Source: a virus
Virus record (IMG/VR): IMGVR_UViG_3300042691_039521
Coordinates: 16,528 to 80,527 of that record
Direction: 5' to 3' (one strand)
DNA length: 64,000 bases
Below, piece after piece: positions 29,333 through 40,900 of the stretch. Within the stretch, counting starts at the first letter, position 1. Each line of letters begins with the position of its first letter. The position numbers and the translations under genes were made by a program. Below the pieces are notes generated by a model. The model made no database searches, was not told the origin of the DNA, and saw nothing but the letters and a program-made list of their open reading frames with translations.

Positions 29333-30616
29333 ATGGCAATTAAAGGTGGACAGATTCTACACTCATCTGGCACATATGTACTTGACCGTATTCAGTCAAG
29401 CGGTCCAGGTGACCTAAACATCCCCGAGGAAAAGATTTACGAACTTGGTAACTACGAATCAGTTGCTACCGTTCGTGACATTCCCGAAATTTCATTCGAT
29501 CTAGAGTCATATGATATGACTACAGAGTTTGAGTGCATTCTTACCAACAAAGATCCAGTATCTTTCTCAAGCTCAGTTGGTTCAAACGATATTGATTTTG
29601 GCGATGCTGTTCCAATTGATATTATTTCACCTTGGAAATCACGTCGTGGTCAGTTCGACATTGTTAAGGGTGTAATTATTCCTTATCTAACCCTAGAGTC
29701 AGCTTCATACCGTTTCGGTGTTGGCGAAAACTCTTCACAGAGCTTCAGCCTTCGTGGCGATTCAATCTTCTATACCCCAGGTCAGCCCTGGTATGAAGAA
29801 TTCACAAACACTGGCATTGGTCCATACACTCTAGAAAACAGCAATGTTGCAACCGTTTACAACGTTGGTCTTGATAACATTTATGTTCTTTCTGTATGTC
29901 TAGTGGATTCAACCACAAACGCTTACAAGAGACTTTTCTTTGATGACACAGTTGACGGTACAACCGATTCAGGTTTCGGTGGTTACACTAACACCACAAC
30001 TAGCGTTACACTACCTAATGATGAATCAGCAACTTACGACACTGTAAGAATCACTTACGGTACTGATGCTGGTACATTTGATTACACTCAGACCGGTAAC
30101 AACTTTGATGGTGATCAGCTAGTTCACCAGAACACCACAGTAAAGCCTGCCGCTATCCGTGGTAAGGACATTGATATCTACATCGGTATTGGCGCCACTC
30201 CTGCTTGGACTCGTCTGAACTCAGTTCAGAACGTCGAAGTAACTTGGACTGCCAATCTAGAAAACGATGAGGAACTCGGCAACGAACGCTATGTTTCAAC
30301 AGAATATGACGTTCCAGAGGTTAATGGTTCAATCGGCGTAAAGCCTTTCGATCCAGCGGACCTTTTCGCTAAGATTTCTCAGATTACCGGTGTTGATGAT
30401 ACTAAGGTTATCGGTCCTAACGTAACTACTCCAGTTGCTCTAGAAATCAGAATTAATCACCCAGATTCCGGCGCACGACTAAAGACTCTATACATCCCAG
30501 ATGCAAGATTCTCAGTTCCCGGTTACAGTGGTCAGGCTAACACCACACTTGAAACCTCAATGAGCTTCACCTCTGATGGTGGTAACCTCACTGTTTACAA
30601 CGGTTCAAGAGTCTGA
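29333..30616 (+). CDS. Major tail tube protein
   Basis: Beta-rich, two repeated halves (EKIYELGNYESV / DEELGNERYV); high-expression codons; followed by terminator and tail chaperones. Confidence 0.8.
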   Translation: MAIKGGQILHSSGTYVLDRIQSSGPGDLNIPEEKIYELGNYESVATVRDIPEISFDLESYDMTTEFECILTNKDPVSFSSSVGSNDIDFGDAVPIDIISPWKSRRGQFDIVKGVIIPYLTLESASYRFGVGENSSQSFSLRGDSIFYTPGQPWYEEFTNTGIGPYTLENSNVATVYNVGLDNIYVLSVCLVDSTTNAYKRLFFDDTVDGTTDSGFGGYTNTTTSVTLPNDESATYDTVRITYGTDAGTFDYTQTGNNFDGDQLVHQNTTVKPAAIRGKDIDIYIGIGATPAWTRLNSVQNVEVTWTANLENDEELGNERYVSTEYDVPEVNGSIGVKPFDPADLFAKISQITGVDDTKVIGPNVTTPVALEIRINHPDSGARLKTLYIPDARFSVPGYSGQANTTLETSMSFTSDGGNLTVYNGSRV

Positions 30617-30657
30617 TAAAAACCTTATGGGAGTCCATGTGGATTTCCTCTTCTAAG

Positions 30658-30693
30658 AGAAAGGTCGCTCTCGCAAGGGAGCGGCCTTTCTTG
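30658..30693 (+). terminator. Rho-independent terminator
   Basis: AGAAAGGTCGCTCTC-GCAA-GGGAGCGGCCTTTCT. Confidence 0.85.
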
Positions 30694-30700
30694 ATGTTGT

Positions 30701-30719
30701 GCCGATATATGAAATAGGA
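30701..30719 (+). promoter_or_regulatory. Putative phage late promoter
   Basis: GCCGATA-TATGAAA-TAGGA. Confidence 0.7.
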
Positions 30720-30751
30720 CTGTAGATATAATCAAGGTATAGGAGAAAAGA

Positions 30752-31537
30752 ATGGCTAAAAAGAATGATGAAGTTATTGCGCCCGTAAAGCGCAGACTAT
30801 CCGATCTGTTCGTCACAGGCGAAGAGGTAGTTTTTGATGATGGAGATGGCGATGCTCTTACTGTTTGGGTTCAAAAATTAACTCCAGCAGAAACCCAACT
30901 TGCTGTTGAGAGGTCGCGACCATCTAAAACTAAAATTATTTCTATCAAAAAGCTTCCTGATGACCACCACCTAAAGCTTCGTTATCTTGACGAACTAGAA
31001 TCCGCTGGATTCGAAGAAAAAATTGATTTCATTAAATTCTTGATTAGATCAAAACTTGATGAAGCAAGAATCTCAGCACAGGAACGCGTAGCTGCAGAAG
31101 AAGAGTGGTCCAAAGATGATTATCTTGTTGGGCTTCAGGAGGCTTGGAATGAAGAATTGCAAGCTAAATGGGTAGACTCTGGTGACGAGGATGATGATGC
31201 TAACAGAGTTTATAATGAACTGAAACGGTATACGGATCAGGTTATGAATGAAGTAAAGACGGCGGAACAGGAACTTATTAATGAACTTGACGATCTTTCA
31301 CTAGAAGCGCTTCAGCGTCGAGCGGTAAACCGTTTAATAGAAACACATGGAGATAACGCTCTCATCGCTGAGTTCAGAAAGCAACAGTTATTCTATGCTG
31401 TCCGTGAGGGAGATAATCATAAAAAGAGATATTTTGAGAACATAGAAGAAATAGATACCTTACCCGGTGTTATTTACACACGTTTGCTTAACACATACAG
31501 CGAGCTTTCTGTTGATTCTTTTGAGGGAAAAGACTAG
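30752..31537 (+). CDS. Tail assembly chaperone (gpG analogue)
   Basis: Between tail tube and TMP; ends ...EGKD at a slippery site. Confidence 0.8.
   Translation: MAKKNDEVIAPVKRRLSDLFVTGEEVVFDDGDGDALTVWVQKLTPAETQLAVERSRPSKTKIISIKKLPDDHHLKLRYLDELESAGFEEKIDFIKFLIRSKLDEARISAQERVAAEEEWSKDDYLVGLQEAWNEELQAKWVDSGDEDDDANRVYNELKRYTDQVMNEVKTAEQELINELDDLSLEALQRRAVNRLIETHGDNALIAEFRKQQLFYAVREGDNHKKRYFENIEEIDTLPGVIYTRLLNTYSELSVDSFEGKD
31525..31531 (+). promoter_or_regulatory. -1 programmed ribosomal frameshift site G GGA AAA
   Basis: XXXYYYZ heptamer just before the stop; the -1 frame is open (GKRLGGSSFFVRMASF...) and continuous with ORF 31555-31893. Confidence 0.85.
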
Positions 31538-31893
31538 GAGGCTCATCCTTTTTTGTGAGAATGGCCTCCTTCGCTAAGTCCACTGGTTCGGGTAAATCTA
31601 TACTTCCAAAGGGTATAGATTTACATAATATTACAAATGACCTATTTATTGCAATAGAACACTCTTTGAGGATTCTATCGTGGCAAGAAAACCTTCCTTC
31701 GGATGAATGTCCTCCAGCATGGATGTGGCCTCTTGATTGGGAGATTGATGAATGGTTTAAGAAATTGAAGATTGAAAGAGATAACAAGTACGGTAGATCT
31801 TCATCTAGTAGCTACAATGATGAAGGCGACAGTCTATTTGATGAAAACGTTTACTTTGAACGATTGAAGACAGAAGGGTCTTTATTTGAATAA
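31525..31893 (+). CDS. Tail assembly chaperone frameshift extension (gpGT C-terminal part)
   Basis: -1 frame continuation; ECPPAWMW..DWEIDEWF motif. Confidence 0.8.
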   Translation, partial: GKRLGGSSFFVRMASFAKSTGSGKSILPKGIDLHNITNDLFIAIEHSLRILSWQENLPSDECPPAWMWPLDWEIDEWFKKLKIERDNKYGRSSSSSYNDEGDSLFDENVYFERLKTEGSLFE

Positions 31894-31894
31894 A

Positions 31895-31913
31895 GCCGAT
31901 ATCTAACATAGGA
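31895..31913 (+). promoter_or_regulatory. Putative phage late promoter
   Basis: GCCGATA-TCTAACA-TAGGA upstream of the TMP gene. Confidence 0.7.
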
Positions 31914-31938
31914 TACTGTGTAGAAAAAGGGGTTAGCT

Positions 31939-34900
31939 ATGGATGGAAATAAGTTTCTTATTGAGGTAGGCGTTGACACTTCCCCTGCCGAAAAAGATCT
32001 TGCTGCCTTCATGAACAAGCTGAATTCCATGAGAGAGAAGGCTGCCTCTCAGGATTCTGGCTCATCTTCTGCCCAGTTACCTCCACAGGTAGCTAGTGCA
32101 GCATTTAGTGACGCTCCTATTGATCTTTCAAAACAAACCTCTGATTTAAAAGAACAGGCAAAGATTCAAAGACAAATTGTTCAAGACAGAGGTAAACTAG
32201 TTGGGCTTCTACAAGAAGAAGCTCGCATTTCTGGTTCTATAGGATCTGGGGATCTGCAAAACATTAGAAAGGGAGCGGAAGACGCTCTTGCCGCCGCCTT
32301 TGGATCAGATAAATTAAGCTCTTCTTTGAAGGGTGTTTTAACTAAAGCTATTAATCAAACAGTAGCAGAGGTGCGTACACCAGAAGGCAAGGTTACTCAA
32401 GCTCAAGCTTTGAGTGCCAAGAACGCTCCCGCTCCACCAGAAAGATTTGCTACTAGATCAACCGCTGTTCTAAAAACTGTTGGCATTGACGCTCCAACCG
32501 TCGTTAGACCAAATGTTGATATTCTAAAAGATTTCAATAAAGCTGTTCAAGCAAATCAGGGTGACATCATTGGTGTGTTAAACTCTATTTCTTCCAGCCT
32601 TCAATCAGTTGTCAAAGGGGCCGAGTCTCTAGCTGGTAACTTTACTTCTGCGGCTCAAGATCAAGGTAAAGCCCTTGACGATATGACAGACAGTATGACT
32701 GAAACAGCAAAGTCTGTTGGAAAAGTCAATGATGAGATTCTTAAATCGCTTGCCGATAAAGCTAAAAAGGCTGCTATTGATTCTCAGAAGAGCTTCGGTG
32801 GCCGTCAGAAAGAAGTTTTAAAAACAGTTGTTGATAATCCTGGCATCACCTATGAAGAGCTAAAAGCTACTGGTGCTCCACCTCAGACAATTCAGTCGCT
32901 TACAAACAGGGGTTTAAAAAGAACTGGTGATAAATTTGATTTAGACACCTCCGCTCTCACTAATTTTAATACCGAATTAACAGGGGTATTAACAGATTTC
33001 ATTGGTACAAGTGCTGGTAGTATCAACGAAATACAAAAATTAGAAAAAGCTATAAACAACTTAATTGCTGGGGTCGATTCCGTTACCGCAGAAGTAGAGG
33101 GTACCGCTACGGCGGTCGCTCAGGACGGTCTATTTGGAGAGAAGGGTAAGACTGAAGCCGTTCGCAAGGGATCTGTTCCACAGGATGAACCCGCACCTGC
33201 TAAGAAAGAAAAGTTTGTTCAAACAGATTTTCTTGCACAAGAACAAACAATTGAAGATGCGTTAGCTGCTGAAGCTGAAGTTATTGAAGAAACTGTTGAT
33301 GTTAGAAAACAAGCTTTAGAGTTACAAAAACAAGCTGTTCAAGCTCGCCTTGCCTCATCCAAGGCAGAGGGTGAATTCTACGATAAGTTTGATTCTATTA
33401 TCCGTAAATATGGTGGCGACCCAGAGGGTGATGCTATAGTTAATAGAGACGTTGTTTTTGAAGACACAACAAAAGAACCTAAAGAAATAACAATGGCAGA
33501 ATGGGAAACCCTTGGTTCGTTTGAGAGAAACTGGGAAAGACTTCACGAGGCAGCACTTGAAGCAACTAGGGCTTTAGAAGTATTTGTTCAAGCCAATAAG
33601 GTTTCTACTAAGGATTTGTTTGTAGAATCAGAGGGAAATGAGCCACAGAAACTTCTTGATAGTCTCAAGGCTGAATATGAAAGACTAAAATCTGTCCAGG
33701 GAGAGCAACTTAGTGCTGCGGCAGCGGCTGGTCTAAAAATAGATACAGAAAATCGTCGTGGCGAATTTGGTGGCGAAGGTCCAAGACAAGAAGTTATCGC
33801 TCAATATGAAGCAGAACTTGAAGCTTCTAAAGAGGCTGTGAGTGAAACATCAGCTAAATTACGTTCAGTATCGGCTAAGATCACTGAGCTAGAAAAATCC
33901 TTAGGTCTTGAAGTCTCCGCTCTTGAGCTTACAACTAAGGCTTCAGTTAATCTTACGAAAGCTCAGGTTGCTGCTATTCAAGAGATTTCTAAAGATGCTG
34001 CTTTTGGGCAGACCACTCTTAATGCAAAGGGTACTGGTGGTTTGTTCACATATGACAAAGCTGACGCAGAAAGAGTTGGAAGATTTGCACAAGGAGTTCT
34101 TGAGGACCCTCAATCTTCTGCTGTAGAAAAACGTGCTGCCACAAGAATCTCTGAATCAGTAGATATAACTCTTCAAGAAATAGAAAGAGCTAATACCGCT
34201 AGGTCTGAGATAGCTGACATTTTAGAAGATACTACAGAATATTTAGATGAATCAGCGCAATGGGAAAAAGAAAGAGCAGAACGAGCGAAAGTAAGGGCGC
34301 AAGAAGTTGCTGATGCTGTTGCGGCGGCAGAAGCGAAAGGATTAAAGACTATTCCTATCGCTTCCCAGGATGCGACTAATCTACAAAGATCTAGACTTAC
34401 ATTTGCTAAAGATAAATTCCTAGATCCACTAGGAAAAGACCAATACCCAGCTTCTGGTAAAGTAGAAAATGATTTCAATTTTGATACAGCATTAATTTAT
34501 GATCCAAATGATTTAGATTTAATTAGATCTAGAATTAAAGAGGTTATCAACGGCCTTACTAGCGATATAGCTTCAGTTGAAGCTGGTTCTGGATCAGTTT
34601 CTACTCCGCTTAAGTTTCTTCGTGAGCGTCTTGAATCTGTTGAAAAAATAGCTTCTGAAATTTTTGCCAATGAAGGTCAAACATTAAATCTAAATACACT
34701 TGAAATAATTAATGATAAAATTACAGACTTAACATCTGAAGCTGAGGAATCTGCTCAAATAACTAGAGAGCAGAATGCTATTGGTGGACAAATTACTGCA
34801 GCGATGGAGCAGGAGCTTAAAGCTCGTCGCGAGGCTGCTGACGCAGCGGCTAAGGCTCCGTTGAGCGATGCCGATAAACAAGCATTGGCTAACGCAGAAC

Positions 34901-37900
34901 AGCCTACTTTACTTTCTTCAAATTCTACACTTGATCCATCTCTTTCTGAACTTGAGAAACAGTTAATTCTTGCTGCTGAAAGAGTCAAGGCTATTGTCTC
35001 TGTTCCGGTAGAGCAACTTGAGGCAGGGGATGAAATTTGGCGTAACTCTGGCGCTGGTACGCTCTTGCGGAAACTTCAGAATCCAATTGGTGGAAGAGAA
35101 GGAGTTCCGCAGGTTGTTGACTATGTACCAGAAACTAATTATCCAATTCTTGGTGACGCCACGCAGGGTGATGCAATTAAGGTTCTGAAAAAAGTTGATG
35201 CAGAGAGACTCGCCAACGGAGAAACGGCTCTTTCTGTAGAGGAAGCAAGAACCATCATTGCCCAAAAACTACTAGAAGTAGAAGCGGAACTTGTTCCGAT
35301 GATGGCAGCGTATAAGACAGAAGAAGAAAAGGCTCTTGTTTTAAAGAAAGAGTTAAACGACTTTCTACAAAAGAAACTTGATGAACAGGGAGTCAATGTT
35401 AATGCTGAGGATGTAAGGGTAGTCAGTCCCACTGGATCGGTTTTTAAAAAATCTGGACCCGGCAGTAAGAGTCCATTATTTAAACTATCAGATACAGATT
35501 ACGAAGAGTATATTAACAGATTGCACAAAATCCCTCAGTTAAGTGCTGCAAGGTTTAATAGAGAAGGCTACAATCCCGTAGGTCTAGGAAGTGATTTTCC
35601 ACGCGATGATTCGGTTCCTAGATCACTTAATCAGGTTAGTAGCGACTACGAGGCTCTATCTGACATTATTCGTAGGCAGGTTGATTCTTCCTTTGAAGCT
35701 TCTGTAACTCTTGATCAATTAAATGATCTTTTAAGTTCAACCGCTTTAAGTCAAGAGGAAATTAATAAAGTTAGTCTCATAATACTAGACAAGCAAAGAA
35801 AATCATTAGAATCATATCTAGTTAATAATCCTAACAGAACTGATACTGATGCTAATCCAAATGACCAATCTATACGTCAACAGGCTGAGCTTTCTAAAAC
35901 ATTAGAAGACATAAATACTATTCTTGGTTTAAGAAAAGAAGCAGAGCAGAAAGTTGTTGACGCTGTAGAACAACAGGCTGCTGCTCAAGAAGATATAACT
36001 AGAGAAATCTTGAAGCCTGATGCCGTTATTCAGCCATCCAGACTTCCAGCCGAAGTTCGTGGACCAAAAATTCCAACTGCTCCACCGGAAATTATTGATG
36101 TTCAATCTGCTTCGGATGAAGATAAATTAGCTAAGAGATTAGCTAATCAAGAATATGCTCGACAAAAGCTAGCCCGATCAGCCGCTGGCACGATTGGGAC
36201 CGAGCCAATTGAAGGTGTCGAAAAAAGTGCTGAACGTCTTTCCGCAACAATGGATGAGAGTCTTACATCCATTAAAGGCATGTCTCAAGCGATGCTTCAG
36301 ATTATTGATCTTCTTGAAAAGAATCCTGATCTTGGGCTTGCAGAGTTTAAGCAGATTACCGGTGGAACAAAGGGTATGGGGCCAAGGGGCGCTTCTCTTA
36401 AGGCGTTACAGGATCGTGGTATTGTTACTTATGACGAACGATCTAAGTTAAAAGTTGCTGCCCGTGAAGATATCCCAGGGTTGTTTAAAGCTTCTTCTGA
36501 TAGAAGAGTGGAAAGCAAAAGGACAGCAGATGCCGAGCTTATTGCTCAAGCCCAAGCTGAACTAGAAGCTCAAATCGAAGAATATGGAGCAGATGTTGTA
36601 GACGCATTCAGCGACAATCTTTCCGACCTTACTCAGCAGTACGTTGATTTACTCAAGGGGAGAATTGAGGCTCTAGAGTTTAGTCTTGGGAATGAAGATG
36701 GCGTTATTGGCGCTGTTGGTGACATTCCAACTCCTTTAATCAATAAAGATCTTTATGAAAGATTTGGTGAAGCAATTGGTCCTGAATGGGATTTCTATGT
36801 TGAAGCCTTTTTAGCTGAAAATTCTCCAGGTCTTCTAAATTTTCGGGGAACTAATTTTAGTAAGAGTGATATTGATTCCCTTCTTTTCTCGGAGGATGAT
36901 CCTCAAAAGCAAATAACTAATGCTGCTAATGACATTAGGGATAGAATTGAAAAGTCTCAATCTAGAATTCCTGGTGATTCTACGTCAATTGGCTTTGAAG
37001 ATTTCCTTTCTGAAACACCTAATCTCAGAGAAGCAAACCTAACCATTAGTGAATATGTAACCCAGTTGTTAGAGTTAGTATCTCTTTCTGAAGAGGTCAC
37101 CAACATTTCTAATGGGCTTGCTGGCCTAGATCTTTCTACAGCCATGGCGCTGTTCGGGGGTCAATTGGAGAGCATGGCTGCTGAGTCAGTCGTGCTCAGC
37201 GAAAATATAGCAAATGCGGCTAGGGAAGAAACTATCGCTAAGCTAGAAGCTATTTCACAAAACAAAGCTGCATTAAGAGCATATAAGCAGGCTTTTGTTG
37301 AGGTTAGCGATGAAAGCTTTGCTGATTTGTCTATTGACTTCCAAGAGGTGCTACAAGAGCAGTTGCGACAGGCGGCAGAGAATGCTAGTGCGACTTTGCG
37401 AGGCAACGAGTCAATTCTTGGGGAGGCTTCAACAGCTAGAACAATCAATGTTGATGAAGGTCAAGCTATCGACAATCTCCTTGGTATACAGAATGCTTTA
37501 GAGGCTAAGATCTTTAGGGAAGGTACGTTTAACTTACCTCCAACCGAAACGACGCCAAGTGTTGCTCCCGCAGCAGAAGCACAAGATTCATTAGTTAACG
37601 AGGTTTTTGAAGGCGCAAAGATTGAAGCCGAGACAAACACTCAAAGACGTAAGAATCTTGAAAAAACCAAACAAGAGGTTAATGCAGAACCCCTTAATTC
37701 GGAAGTCTTTGTTCAAGAAGAACAGGGTCTTGTTAGTGCTTTGGCAAGAAAGATTGAAGCTCTTGATCAACAATCTTCTCTCTTAGAAAATATCTATCCT
37801 TCATTTGAGGAAGCTGAACGTCAGCTTGTTATAGCGCTGAATCGTAAGCGTTTACTTTTAAATGCTCAGGCTGATGCGCTAGAAAATAACGGGGTTAGTT

Positions 37901-40900
37901 TAGCCCCAATTTCTGCTATTGATCCATTCCAGTCTGGCGGAGCAGATGGTGGTCCTAAGTATGGAGTAAATCCTTATGACACCATGAACCCTGGTGGCGG
38001 TGGTGGCGGTGGTGGCGGTGGTTATGTTGGTGAAGAGGGCGAGGGATTCGATCCAGTTGAAGCTGCTAAAGCCAGAGTAGAAGCTGCTCAAAATGAACTA
38101 TTAATCAACATTGCTCTCTTTACTCAAATTTATGAGAAAACCACTCTTCTTCTTTCTGAAAAACTAGCCGAACTACAGGCTGGAATCAAAGGATTCGATG
38201 AAAAACTAAAGGGCATGACCCTTCAAAGTATCATTGATCAAGGAGATGTTTTCAAAGATGTAACAGAAGGTAAGGCTGAGCAAAAGTCTGCTAAGGCTAT
38301 GATTGATGCGGGAGCCGCAGAAGCACTTCTCGCAAATGATGATCTGTTGTTCAACTTTGTTGCAGGCCAAAAACTACTGGCCGAAGCCATGGAGAAAATC
38401 TCTCAACAGATTTTCGATAAAAACCTTGAAGCAAACAAGCGTATTAATGCTGCTTGGGAAAAGGCTGCTGTAGCCTATGAGATTCTTACCGAAACAAACG
38501 CTGGTGCTGGGGAAAGTTTAGCTGAACTATTCAGTAAGTATTCTGGCGCCTTAAGCGTATTTAATCAACAGTTAACGGCTCTCACTAAAGAGGGGGTTAC
38601 TGGTGATCCAGTGAGTTTACAGGCTATGGGCGAAGCAAAGGGCAGAACCCGTATAGCTGACACGGTTATATCGAATCAAACTAATCAGTCTATTCTTGAT
38701 ACTATTAACAATGATCCGAATGACCCTAATGGTGAACGTAATCTTGTTGAAGAACTCTTAGATGCTCAGGTTGCTCTGATTCGTTCAACATCAGAACTTG
38801 CTGAACTACGCAACCAACAGGTCGAGTTAACTGGTGATGTTATTAAGCAGTTAGCTGAAGAAGATACCTCTATTCTCAATCTCAAGAACGCTCGCGAGGC
38901 TGCTGCTCAAGCTCTATTTGATAATCTTCCGGCTGGGGCACTGAAGGATAAACTAGCTCTTCAGAGAAGGGTTGGTCAAAGAGAGCTTAACGTTAATGAT
39001 CCACAATACATTTCGTTGAGAAGACGTGAGAATCAGCTTAGGCAGCAAGAGGCTAGAGCTATTGTTGGCGAAAAACAGGCTCCAGGTTTAACTGGTAAGA
39101 TTACCAGATACTTTGATTACCAGCCAGACCGTGGTGGCGCTGGCTTCAAGCAGTTCTTTGGTGGCGGTGCGCTTGCCGCTCTCCGCTATGGTTTACCAGG
39201 GCAGATTATGCGAAGCGGTGGTTCTCAGATTGTTAACACAATCAAAGAAGCAGAAGAACTTCAGTTCGCTTTAGCTCGTTTAGAAGGACAGTTCAAAACA
39301 GCCTTCCCAACAGAAAACTTTGAAGAAGTTCGTGCCAATATTAAAGCGGTCGCCGCTGAAACCGGTCTTGCAGCAGATGAGATTGCTAACTTCCAGATTC
39401 AGATTACAGGCGCCTTCTCTGATACGGAAATCAAGGGTGTTGGTGGAACTGATCTAATTGAGAAACAAGTTGAGTCTGCAGCTAAGCTTGCTCAAACGGT
39501 GGGACTACCATTGGCTGAAATTACCGATGGTTTAACTGCTGCTTCTCTTGCCTTTGGTGAAGACTTCGAACGTATCGGTGATGTTGCTGTTCGTCTAGAA
39601 GAACGCTCTGGTGTTCTCGCTAAAGAAACTATTGCATTCATTGGTGACATTGCTCCCGTTGCCGAAGAAGCTGGCTATTCTATTGAAGAGTTCGCCGCAC
39701 TTGCTGCTGTTGCTCAGCAAAGGTCTGGTCGTTCTGGAGCCGCCCTAGCTGAATCATTTGGTCGTGTGATCCCAGCGTTGAGTGAGCAAAAAGATAAACT
39801 TATGGAGTTGGCTCAGATCACTCCATCATTACAAAATCCTGGATTCATTGATGCTATTCGTCAATCTGACTCTAAGGAGATTCTTAACCAGATCGGTCAA
39901 GCATATCAGAGCATGGGTAAGGATGCTCAGCAGGCTACGATAGCTATTCTTGGTGGTCGTCGTGAAGCTCAGGCTCTTATTCCAGCACTAGCCAATCAGG
40001 AACTTGTTGCCAGATTACAGAAAGATGCAGAGAACTCTGTTGGTAGTTTGGATAAGAGATTTGAAGACATTCAAAAGACATTAACAAACTCTCTTGCTCG
40101 TTTAGGCGAATCTGTGAGACAGTTTGGTGTTGAACTTCTTGAATCAGGTTTGACAGATACATTTGAGCTAGCTATCAGTTTAGCAGAGAAACTATTAGGA
40201 GTATTAACCCCTATTGCTGGTGTGTTTGCTGATATTAATAAACTTCTTGGTGGAGTTCCCGCTGCTGTTGCCGCTTTGTCTGCGGTTGGTGTGGCCTTCA
40301 AGTCATTTGCTTTCAAGGACCAAACAGAAATAGTTACCGATCCATTGACAGGTGTTGAAAGCGAAAATGTGATAGGTAGACAGTTCATAGGAACTGACTT
40401 CATACAACAAATTGTTGGAAATATTAAAGAAGATTTTGCTGCCGGTTTCGTCGACTCGGGAAGAACCAGCGTAGAGAGAAGAACTGGTCAAGCGCTACCT
40501 GTTGGACCTTTCGCTGCTGGTCAGGGTATTCCAGAAACTGCTCAGCTTCTTACAGCGGGTGAAAAACTTAAGGCTGGTGGCACAGGGTTGTTAACGGCTG
40601 TTGGTGGCGGTTCCGCAGCACTCGGTGCAGGTGTTATCGGAATTGCAGCCCTAAGTACGGCTTACGGAGCTATTCAGGGTCAAATTAATGCAACCAAGCA
40701 GGCTTTGGACGACCTTATTTTAGAAACTAAGAATGATATTGCGTCTACAGACCTTGATGTTGATGGGGCAAGACAGAGGCTAACTGAAAACCTTCAAACA
40801 CAAGCCGATGATGCTAGAAAAGCTTATGATGGCTGGACGGAGTTTTGGGGTGAACTTGGGAATAGCTTAAATCCTGGTGACTACCTTGAGGGGCAGGCCA

